A stretch of 64,000 nt of DNA from assembly GCA_052426225.1 (NCBI GenBank), contig JBNJNM010000021.1, forward strand, positions 2,666,001 through 2,730,000. The letters run 5' to 3'. Position numbers and translations under genes: made by a program. The notes beneath the pieces are model-generated. The model worked only from the letters and a program-made list of their open reading frames with translations. It was not told the DNA's origin and made no database searches. This stretch comes from Zancudomyces culisetae HAW-14-8 (Eukaryota > Fungi > Kickxellomycota). Shown piece by piece: positions 1 to 10,487 of the stretch; the first letter of the stretch is position 1, and every line of letters begins with the position of its first letter.

Positions 1-507
1 CATAAATTAATGTTGGGCGTTGCAGGGAAAATTTCAACACAAAATTTTGCCACTAGAAAGAAGGCAATACAGTTATTAAATATACTTATGTTCTTCACCA
101 TACACACACACAAAACCTCACTAGTTTTTCCGATATGTATCAGCCTTTAAAATAATGTTTTTTATTTATTTTGGGAACCGGATAACTCTTTTTTTTTTTG
201 CAATTAAAAGGCGGAGCATCTATTTCGTACATACCTATCCAAAAGAAAAAAAATGATACTCATAAATAATTGTTACACCTATTTTAAGTTTATTTTTCTG
301 GTGTTAGGGTTTTAGAGATGAGAACCCATTCTAAATAAAAAGTGAGGCAAATACGTTATATATATAATCACCTATATAAAACAGATGTGGCTTTCGCATG
401 CGTCAAGGTAATATTTTTTTATTCTCTTTGACATTAGCTGGCGTTTTGAAATAACACCGCAGTTATTATAATAAAAATGTTAGTAATGAAACTCAAATTA
501 TCTAATG

Positions 508-545
<38 letters not shown>
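508..545. repeat. (TA)n-(TG)n compound microsatellite
   Basis: tatatatatatatatatatatgtgtgtgtgtgtgtgtg read directly. Confidence 0.9.
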
Positions 546-3231
546 AATGTGTATGTATGTATATTATAACTGGTACATAGATTGTGAAAATATTAAAATG
601 TTTGTGGCAATAAATAAAGTGAAGGATTACAGCAAGGCTTACTGCTCTTGAGATTTTTTTTTGTGGTAAAAACCCCTTAATATGATAAGTATAACACGCG
701 ACTGAAAAATTAGATAAACTTCACTCTGGTCTATATAATAGAAAAAGCAGCCATGTCATACATTTGTGTAAAGTTAGGTTTAAATAGCTTTAGTGGTACG
801 TTAATATGGTGGATACATTTTTTGGGTTGGAAAATGGCTGTTTTAGATTTAATTGGAACTGAAAAAGCCTAAGATTCCCAAACCAGAAAATATTCTGAGT
901 GTTGTGACAATATGGTATTTACGTGGTAGTATATCCTTTTAGTTAGCCAAGGGGAGGCTCAAATTCTCTCTTTCAAAATAAACGTGCAAACCTAAACGCA
1001 GGAACCAAAGAAATGTAATAATGGGAGATATGTGGTCTGGATGTACATTAAAATTTTATTGATTTATTGAAAAAATGTTTTTCAACGAAAAGGTTGGTAA
1101 ATCAATACATTTAGAGCCATTAAAAATGCAACTAAAAGTTTTTTTTTCTGTTCGCTGGGGAAAAGCCTTTCTTGTCTTTGGCTTGAAAAAAACGAGTGGT
1201 GAAATATGTTTATACTAGATATTGGTAGTGCTCATTGAAATCGTGGTAAAATAATTGCTATACTGATTTTAAAAATATCAAGGCAATGTGAAAAAGGTTT
1301 ATAAACAATACCACTGTTATTTTCAAGAAGTATAAAACAATAAAGTAAACAATATGACTTAGTGTATGTGTGTTTGCGAAAAAAAAATTCAGGACGAGTA
1401 AACACAAGTCAGAGTATATTTAAGGTGTGAATATTCGGGTGATCTAATTTAAGTGCAAAGTGAAGGTCATTTAGAAATAATAGATTAGGGATTTGCGGCA
1501 AGTTGATTATATTTTACATTTGAAACAAGATTTTCCTAGTCAAAATGTAGTCAAGCGATGCAATTCATTCCCAGAAACCTTTTAGGAAATAGATAACATA
1601 GTGTAGGTGTATCTAAAAAAATATTGTGATTAGCGTGATCAATTTTATCTCGGAAGGGAAATCTAAGCCGCCACTTACTTGGAGGTACTTTTATCATAAT
1701 GCGCTTATAGGTTTCTAATTATAAAAAAAAAAGAATTCGCACAATAAAAGGACCAAGGACCCAATAGATATTGTGAAAAAACAGTTAATCGGAATAATAG
1801 AAAATGAGTTTTAGCGAAATTTTGTTGTTGAGTTTAGCGCAGGTTTAGCACGCTGTTGTGTATACACTACGTGTCATGCGAGAGAAAGTGAATGCGTGTG
1901 GACTCATGTGTTAACTTTTATAGTACCGCTAAACTGCATTTGCGTAATTAGTTACAAGTGTTAAAGGGAGAGGGGGAGAGGGGGAGAGGACAAAATAAAA
2001 ACGAGTGACTTATAATTTTAGAATACATTTGTGAGTGGACATAAAGTCTTTTAAACCAATGTACTTCATTTAATTTATATAAATGCTGATTGACATTTCA
2101 AATCTGGATTGATAAATTCGTTTTTTACGATAATTTCAAACCAAGTTAAAATCTTTTTGGTTTAATCAACCTTGTCTTTACCGAATTATAGAGAAACAAG
2201 CCCCAGAATTACACCGGAATCCAATAAAAACGGCCGATTTAAAGATAACCAAAAACAGAACAATAGTGACAACAGCACTTGTAACACCAAGCTGCCTGTA
2301 AGAAACAAATAAATCAAGCCGTTTTCATACAAAAGTAAAAAAAAATTTTTTCCGTTCAATGTACAAAAGTGGGACAGTGCTAATTTACCTTTGAGCTAGT
2401 ATCTAAATCTCCCTCCTTTTCTCCCCAAAAAAGAGCAGGCGCAGGGAACTGGAAGGTTACGAATGTAAAAGAGTGATAATTTATAAATGAGAAGCATATT
2501 ATCACTTTATAGCTGTATAATATATAGTAAAGGCTTATGAAAAGCGAATTTTTAGAATACGAGGTGTATAATACGTTTAACTGTTAAGTTAGAAACCCAG
2601 ATCGCCACCCCCCTTTTTTTTTTCAGCGACAAAGATTGAAATAATACTCGCTTAAGCTATATAATTGAATCATTAATAATAGTGAGGATATTTATTAATT
2701 CTCCGAAAGGATTTTGGTAACATAGCTTAAAAACGGAATTGATTAGGTAATAGCACTCTTGTGTTAGTAATCACCAATTAAAAAAAAATCCCCCTAGCAA
2801 ACCACACACTCCTTTAGGATAGTATACACTACAAAGCTAGGAAGGTGGGTGTAGACAAAACGAAAAGTAAAGTGAATACTAAAAACGTGTGAAACAGCGA
2901 AAATTACTTCCAGCGACATAGTCTGAGTGAAATAGAGGAGGGGTAGGAACTAATAGGACAAAGAAAGCAGATCAGGCGAGTGCAGAACGCGAGGGGAATG
3001 AAAAGTGAGTATTTTATACAAGATAATATAAGAAATATAGGGTACAGGAGCATCTTTACAAGACTGGAGGAAGGAGGAGTTTGTATTTAACACTTTTCTG
3101 TATCTAGCTCGAGATAAAAGTTGAATAGGCGACTTATAAACTCAAGGGTTAATAGATATTATCTACAGGTGGCAAGAAGCAAAGTAGCTGCAAAGCGAAA
3201 AATAAAGTAAAAATAGAGAAAGGAAAAAAGT

Positions 3232-5124
3232 ATGTCGAAAGAACTGTATGATCCACGCTTGATTAAGAAGGTAAAGGAAGAAAGCTCGATGATAGCTATG
3301 ATGAGTAAACAAAAGGAGTCGGAAACAGATGTAAGGGTAACAAACGAGATATGGTCGAAAGTAAAAAAGGAGAATAGGTACTGTACAAAAACTCAAAGAA
3401 TACGTGGAACTAAAGATATATTTGTGAGAAACAGTGGTCATAGAGAAGAGGAAGGAGTGCAACTACTGCCTACAGGTTTACTAGAGGAGGAGGAGGAGGT
3501 ACAGTATGATGAAAGAGCAAAAGCTTCAAGAGCGATGAAAACAAAATTGAGTAGAGGAACGGATATGTTCAAAGACAGGATAATTGGGCAAGTAGTATAT
3601 AAGGAAGATGAGTTGGAAAAATCTTTGAGCAATAGAAATATTGTTTTAATGGGAAATCGTGATAATATTGGTGACGAACATGGTGATAACAATAGCTGGC
3701 AACATGAATACAAGAATGGGCTCAATGTTGGAGAGTATATAGTAGGTAGAAAAGAAGAGAACGCTTTTAGCGGTATACCGAATATAAATAACCTTGGAGA
3801 TAACGATACCAATACGATGTATATGTACAGTAACAAAATAAATGATTTTTACTACGACGAATTTGGACTATCAAGAGCAAATGGCCTAACAATTGGAAAT
3901 ATGGGAGACCCAATACAACATACGTATATAGCCAACAGTAATATTGTATACAATGAAGTTTCAATTGCTATGGCATCTAGAGATCAACACGGGTGTAGAT
4001 ACCTGCAACGGAGGCTCGAAGAAAAAAGCCCCAAGGTTGTAGACGCTATTTATTCGCAAATCTATACAGAATTTCCTAGTTTAATGGTGGATCAATTTGG
4101 TAATTATTTATGTCAAAAACTCTTTGAATGCTGCAACGATAGTCAAAAATCGGCAATATTGTCTGTGCTTGCACCAAGCTTTGTACATATTGCTATGAGC
4201 ACTCATGGAACTAGGGCTTTGCAGCGACTGCTGGATCTATTGAATACCCCAGCCCAATTCACACTGGTTGCTACTTTACTAAAAGAATCTGTTCTTACAC
4301 TAGTTTGTGATGTCAATGGTAATCACGTAGTTCAAAAATCACTTTCTAAGTTTCCCCAAAACCACGTTTCATTTATATACTCCACAATGGCTGCAAACTG
4401 TCGCTTGGTTGCATCGCACCGCCATGGGTGTTGTGTGTTTCAGAAATGCCTGGATCTGGCAAGTAGTGGGTACCAACAGCAACAATTGGCAATGGCAATA
4501 ATCCAAAATGCACTGTTTTTGGTTCAGAATCCATATGGAAACTATGTGGTGCAATATCTACTGGATATGGATCGGGTGGAGTATTTCGAGTCTTTGATTG
4601 CACAATTTTCGCCCCACGTAACCAGCTTATCTACTCAAAAATTCTCCAGCAATGTAATTGAAAAATGCATAAAAAAGAAAACCTCTATTCATAAAAGGCT
4701 ATTTATCTCAAAATTTCTATCATTTGATGTATTAGATGTCATATTAAATGACTGCTATGGAAACTACGTGGTTCAAACACTTCTTGACAACTGTGATCCT
4801 GATCATCGTATGGTTTTGATAAATTTGGTTTTACCCATCCTACCACCAATTAAGCATACTCCTCACGGAAAACGCATTTACAACAAACTTATACATTATT
4901 CTTTTGTAAACTCCATGAACCTCGGTTATTATCACAACAACAAAGGCAGTGACAATTACGGCAATAACAACCGTTTAGGTGATATTGACAACAGCTGTAA
5001 TACTGGACATAGTAGCAATACCATGTTTAGTCAAAACCAGACTGCTGAAATCATTAGCGGTATTAATAAAATTAATATCATCAATAGTGTTAATAACAAT
5101 AGTATTAATCGTGATAAATTTTAG
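3232..5124 (+). CDS. PUF4: Pumilio/PUF RNA-binding protein, Puf4/Puf5-type
   Basis: Eight PUF repeats. Recognition residues are C-R-Q (HGCRYLQ), N-Y-Q, T-R-Q (HGTRALQ), N-H-Q, C-C-Q (HGCCVFQ), N-Y-Q, S-N-E (FSSNVIE), N-Y-Q, the pattern of the fungal Puf4 clade. The N-terminus is low complexity. Confidence 0.88.
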   Translation: MSKELYDPRLIKKVKEESSMIAMMSKQKESETDVRVTNEIWSKVKKENRYCTKTQRIRGTKDIFVRNSGHREEEGVQLLPTGLLEEEEEVQYDERAKASRAMKTKLSRGTDMFKDRIIGQVVYKEDELEKSLSNRNIVLMGNRDNIGDEHGDNNSWQHEYKNGLNVGEYIVGRKEENAFSGIPNINNLGDNDTNTMYMYSNKINDFYYDEFGLSRANGLTIGNMGDPIQHTYIANSNIVYNEVSIAMASRDQHGCRYLQRRLEEKSPKVVDAIYSQIYTEFPSLMVDQFGNYLCQKLFECCNDSQKSAILSVLAPSFVHIAMSTHGTRALQRLLDLLNTPAQFTLVATLLKESVLTLVCDVNGNHVVQKSLSKFPQNHVSFIYSTMAANCRLVASHRHGCCVFQKCLDLASSGYQQQQLAMAIIQNALFLVQNPYGNYVVQYLLDMDRVEYFESLIAQFSPHVTSLSTQKFSSNVIEKCIKKKTSIHKRLFISKFLSFDVLDVILNDCYGNYVVQTLLDNCDPDHRMVLINLVLPILPPIKHTPHGKRIYNKLIHYSFVNSMNLGYYHNNKGSDNYGNNNRLGDIDNSCNTGHSSNTMFSQNQTAEIISGINKINIINSVNNNSINRDKF

Positions 5125-5134
5125 TAACTTTAAA

Positions 5135-5867
5135 CTATTCCTCTACTATAATCTTCAATTCTACTAAATTTTCATCATTTGTCGAAGTTTGGTGTTCATT
5201 TGTCTCTGTCTTTTTCTTTAGCGACTGTTGGTTGTTGCTAAATATAATCTTCATTGGGAACTCACCCAATCGCTTAATCTTCTCTTCACATTCAATAATG
5301 TCTTTTCCTGGTACAATGTTAACTTGATACTGATTCCTCAAAACTGTGATCACGTCGTTTATGGTTACTGAGCCATAAATCTCGTCGCTCTCTCCTTTAT
5401 CAAGCCTTCTTCTTTTAAATCTAATTTCCCCAATTTGCTTTAATGCTTCAATATTTTTCAGAATTTTTTCTTGTTGATCTAGTAGTTGCAATTTATATTT
5501 TTGACTGTTAGCGATCTCTTCCTGTTGTTTCTGTAATTTTTCAACAGTCACCTTGCCATCCTTGTCGGCTTCATATAGCACACTTGGTGACACTGGTCCA
5601 ATTTTTCTTGTTACATAAACTGCCTGTCGGTTTGGATAAAGTGTAATTCGCATGTGTCCCGGTTTTACATAAACTTCTTCGCCCTCTCTTCCTAATTTTT
5701 CGACTGTTTGTAGCAACCTTACCGGAATCTTTCCCTTACCCGTCGCCATTGTTCTCTATGTATAAGGAAATAAGATAAGCCTAGCAATTTTGATTTTTTG
5801 TATCAGTGCTTACCTTTGAGATTGAGGAGACAAAGCTCCTCACAACAATGTGGTTTTTGCTTATCAT
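5135..5867 (-). CDS. MRPL9: Mitochondrial ribosomal protein bL9m, 2 exons (5867-5814, 5755-5135)
   Basis: L9 N-domain motif VRLLQTVEKLGREGEEVYVKPGHMRITLYP and C-domain motifs IYGSVT and IKRLGEF. The upstream exon MISKNHIVVRSFVSSISK resembles a targeting peptide and is joined by a 58-nt GTAAG...TAG intron in phase 0. Confidence 0.85.
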
Positions 5868-7563
5868 TTTTAATACGGATCCGAGATTAATTTTATGCTC
5901 GATTGCTCAAATCGTTTAAGATTTTGTATGATTCTAACAATGTATGGTGCTTTAGCAGATAAAAATTAATCAAATATTCACCGAAAAAAAAAAGTGATGA
6001 TATGATCTTTTATCAGCGCCCTTTTTTTTTAAAAAAAATATTTGGGAGGGAATTGGCTTGAAAATGGGGTAAAAAATTTTCTTTTGGCATACTTTAGTAG
6101 ACGAAATAGAAACGCTGTACTTGTTAATAAACAGTGAGTTAAACATCAAACAACCCAAAATGACACTACTAGAACTAAAATTGGTGGTAGCTAAACTAGT
6201 AACGGAGTACAGGGCATTCCAAACAAAGTATTTCCTTCAACACAATTATTTAAAGCCCAAATATCACATCCCAAGATCGGTTGACAGGAAAATATAAACA
6301 CGTTCTGCAGCTTCGAATATCCTAAATAGCGAAAAACACCAAAGAGTGTATTCCCATACCCATATTCCCACCAAAAGTTTGAATGTTCAAGACCAAGCCA
6401 ATTTCTTTTTTTAAACTTTGTTTATTCATATTTTAATGATAACAAAACGTGAGATGAGTCTCTGACCTGAGTTATAATATACTTATCTATAGCGTTTTGC
6501 CCAATATGTTGCAATAATCATATTTATATAAAGCTAGCATAAAATAAAGGTAAATTCATACATCACAGAGAATCAACAAGTTGAAGTTATTTGAATAATC
6601 TAACATAAACGATGAGAGTACCCTTCAAGAACTCTGAATCATTAACAGTTAAAGTGGGCTCGTATACAAAGCAAGTACAGGTTAAAAAAAAATACATCGA
6701 CTACCAGGATACTTTTGCATCACGCTTTTTTGTAATTGTGTCTTCAATAGTAATCAACTTTTCTTATTGTGAGATGTACTGGCTTTCTTGTCTAAACTTA
6801 ATTTTCGATTTATGGTTTATATATACCCGCTAATAATTTTTAATTGTTGTAAACAAAACAAAACAAAAAATGGTTGATGCTCTTCTGTAGACTTGATCTA
6901 GCTTGGTATTAAAACTCAAGGACTCCAAAAGTTATAAAAACCCAGCACTTGCTAGCTATACTGATGTTGTACTCGGAAATGCGACCTTGATGTGATACAA
7001 AATGTACATTGTCACATTTTTTTCAATAGGAGATATGTGTTTAAAACAAATTTAGGCGTACAACACACATGTATATTAAACATGACTACATGACAATTTA
7101 TTTCGATAGAATTTAACAGGAAGTTCATTAAACACCTGGTGCCGGTTTGAATAGAGCAGAAATGTAAATTATGCGGTTTTGTACAAATATTATTTTTGGT
7201 GCGCGCATAAACATAGATACATTTATTGACAAGAATAAAAATAAACAATAAATAATGATGCAGCAAATAAAACATGTACTTTGTTTAGTATATATTTTTA
7301 TCTGGTAAACAATATAAAGTACAAACGAAGAAATGCTATATATATATATATATAAAGACAAACATTATATTGAGTTTGGGTACTAAAAATAAAGTTGCAA
7401 GCATCAAACAGGAAAAGTACATTTATGAAAGTTTGCAGGAACTATTGTATAAATGTACTGACTGTGCTGATATTTTATTGTATTCAGTATTTTGATATGT
7501 TGACCTGATGAATAGCAAGAGAATACAACCACACACAAACAGGAGCAGTAATAATAAATAAAA

Positions 7564-8565
7564 ATGATTTTGTACCAGTTTATATTGAAATTGATTTGGT
7601 ATATCACTTGTGTAGCTACTACAACATTGAACACACCTAAATCTTCAGAAAATAAACGGGAATTGAATGTAAAAGTGAATGTATACAAGAATCAAAGTTC
7701 TTATACGGGTTCGTCGCTTGAACCACGAATTATAAACGGTGATTTTGCTAGTTCTAAGGAATTCCCATATTTGGTAGGCATAAGATCCTTGTACTGGAGA
7801 CAGAGTACATACTGCACAGCATCTTTATTAACGGATAGGGTTGTGATTACAGCAGCACATTGTATGATAAAATACAAAACCACCATTCCAAAGGATCCCC
7901 TTACTGTTCACGTATCTATAGGCATTTTTGAAAACGTACCCTACAAGCATGTATTTCAAGCAAGTCGGATATACGTTCATCCATCATATAACCAATCTTA
8001 TCGCAATGACATCGCACTAATTTTACTAAAAAAAAAAGTTCCAGCATCAATGGCCAAAACGATACCAATTTATAAGGGAAAAATACATTCAAGAATGAAG
8101 GTCATCGCGGCGGGATTTGGATTAACACATCCAAGTATTTCCAGTAGTGGGGCAAAAGTAGCAAAAAAAGTTGACTTAAAGATATCAGAAAATGATGTGT
8201 GCAAAAAACTCAATAATTACTGGGATGGTACTAATGATGGCGAGACTGTCTGTAATATAGTGGAAAATGGAAGAGATACGTGTACTGGTGACTCGGGTGG
8301 ACCGTTGGTTTATAGCCAAGGAGGAAGTCATCAACTTGTTGGTATAACAAGTTTTGGTATTTTGCCTTACGAGCTTCGGCAAAATCCAACGTGTGGTACT
8401 AATGGAGGCGCTGCGTTTTACACGCACGTGTACTATTTCAATGATTGGATTGAAAATATAATGACAGAAGCGCAGTATCTGGCGTCATCTGCCAAAAAAA
8501 CTATTTGGGCACGGTTCTTAAAGGTTGTGATTGTTTTGGTGTTCATATACAATGTTATTATTTAA
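7564..8565 (+). CDS. Secreted/membrane-anchored trypsin-like serine protease (S1A), catalytically intact
   Basis: Hydrophobic N-terminus, activation site EPR|IING, TAAHC, NDIA, DTCTGDSGGP (S1 Asp indicating trypsin specificity) and a hydrophobic C-terminal tail. Confidence 0.92.
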   Translation: MILYQFILKLIWYITCVATTTLNTPKSSENKRELNVKVNVYKNQSSYTGSSLEPRIINGDFASSKEFPYLVGIRSLYWRQSTYCTASLLTDRVVITAAHCMIKYKTTIPKDPLTVHVSIGIFENVPYKHVFQASRIYVHPSYNQSYRNDIALILLKKKVPASMAKTIPIYKGKIHSRMKVIAAGFGLTHPSISSSGAKVAKKVDLKISENDVCKKLNNYWDGTNDGETVCNIVENGRDTCTGDSGGPLVYSQGGSHQLVGITSFGILPYELRQNPTCGTNGGAAFYTHVYYFNDWIENIMTEAQYLASSAKKTIWARFLKVVIVLVFIYNVII

Positions 8566-9182
8566 CTATTATATGATGGTTCTTTTATTATTATTATTAT
8601 TATTCAGAGATGTTAATGTGAAAGGGAGGAGAATTAATGATGGAAATATTTCTTGTTGATTCTTTTCCAGTATTGCTATTTCTATTACTAATGTTGTCAA
8701 CATTACTCCCAAGTTGGCAATATTTCTTTTTTTTTAAAAAAATGGTTTAATTATTTACAATTTCTAAAAGGTGATTAAAAAGTGATTAAATAAAGGGCTG
8801 CAAAATAGAACAGGTTAAATTGATGGGTTGTAAAAATTTGCATTACATTGATCAAAGAAAAAAAGTAAAAAAATACATGGAATTCTAGAAAGTCTTTTAT
8901 CAAGCAGATTCATCAAAGGCAGAAAGGGGATGGTGAAAAGAGAAAAGAGAAAAGAGAAAAAGAAAAAAAAAAGAATAAAAAGGAAGGCCAATTAATTTGA
9001 AGGAGGATCCTCAATACTATCAAGTGGTTATCTACGAACATACATTGTTGATATTTCGATATCACTTGGTAAAGCTCTCGACATCTCCGGGTGAAATACG
9101 TGTATTTTACGTTCTTTTGGAGGAGGTTCATTCAAAAAAAATGTAAATCTGGGTGGTAGCAAGTAATGAGGTGATATATTCT

Positions 9183-9236
9183 CCCACCACCGCATCCCAT
9201 CCCATCTCATCTCATCCCACCCCACTCCACCTCCCA
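9183..9236 (+). repeat. (CATCY)n-type pentamer tract upstream of Argonaute
   Basis: catcccatcccatctcatctcatcccaccccactccacc. Confidence 0.7.
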
Positions 9237-10035
9237 TTCGGAGTTTATTCCAAATTGTTGGATTTAAAAAGATGAATGTAGAGTAAAGAGATGATTGGTG
9301 AAAGGGGAAGGGGGAGTTATTAAGCCATAATGAACAAGTCTAGTAAAAATTATAAGGAAATGTGTAAAAGTAAACGATTTAAAGTGAACATAAATGGAAT
9401 TAATATAATAGGTAAATCAAAGGGGGACTTGCATTGTGAGTAGAGAGAGTAGCATCATGTATAGTTATGGTATTAGCTGAAAATAATCAATTGGAAGCAA
9501 CACGTGGAAATTAAATAAAGCCAGGATTGCTAAAACCCCGTTATATTAGCAAAGAATAAATGTAACAGAGGATTCTGGGTGTAATGGGAGAAAAATGGTA
9601 CAAAGTAAGAGCTGAATCCCGGTTTTCTTTGCACCAAGATAAAGTTAGTTTTGAAAGGCAAAACACAAAGAGAGTTAAAATACCTGGCAAATTTGTTTTT
9701 AATAGATGGCAAGTATTTAGAAGAAAGGGGAGGGGTGAGTAGGGAAGAGGGAAGAGGGAGAAAAAAAAGATAAACGAGTTTTTTAAAAGGGGAATGCAAG
9801 TAAAACAAAACTAATATATGTTTTTTTAGGCATTTCATATTTCTGTTAAAAGACTGAAAAAATAAAAAAGATCAACTTTGGGGATGTTTGAGGCTATTTT
9901 TGTCAACTTGTTGGGGGATGGGAGAAAAGAAAAGCACCATTTTTTTCAACTGAATTGAACAGATTATATCCGGTTAATTGAGTTTCAACGAAAATAGAAA
10001 GTAGAAAAAAGAAAATAAAAATTTTTTCTTATGAT

Positions 10036-10043
10036 TCACGTGA
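10036..10043. promoter_or_regulatory. Palindromic E-box TCACGTGA (bHLH/Cbf1-type site) ~450 bp upstream of Argonaute
   Basis: Exact 8-mer; a second CACGTG lies at 9501-9506. Function is not shown. Confidence 0.25.
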
Positions 10044-10487
10044 AACAAAGAAAACTTTGGCAAAAAAAAAAATAATAAAGAAAGTTGACAGAAATGCATG
10101 CAGGTCGCAAAAAATAGTACATTAATTGGTGAGGAATTACATCAAAGCTACACTAATACATTATTACATTTATTCTGGGTTCCAATAAAATGGTTCTAAA
10201 AGTTAGGTAGGCTTTGAGCACGGAGTATGAATATTATTAGCATCATTAACAATTAAAAAAAAAATTTCAAAACTTTTTTATTTTTATATATCCGTTTATG
10301 CAAAAAAACAAAAAGAATAAATATGATGGATAGGTTAATTTAAATCAAAAAAAAAACTCAAGCAAAAGCAAAAGCAAAAGCAAGTAGAAAGCCAAAAGGA
10401 AAAATACACTAAACAGTGAAGTATCAAGAATATATAGATAGATAATAGCAAAAAAAAAAAAGATCCAAAAAAGAAAAAGATACGAGT

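Noticed and set aside
6160-6297. Short ORF MTLLELKLVVAKLVTEY resembling the cytochrome P450 L-helix
   Set aside because: No upstream FxxGxxxCxG heme motif and no other P450 exons nearby; likely chance
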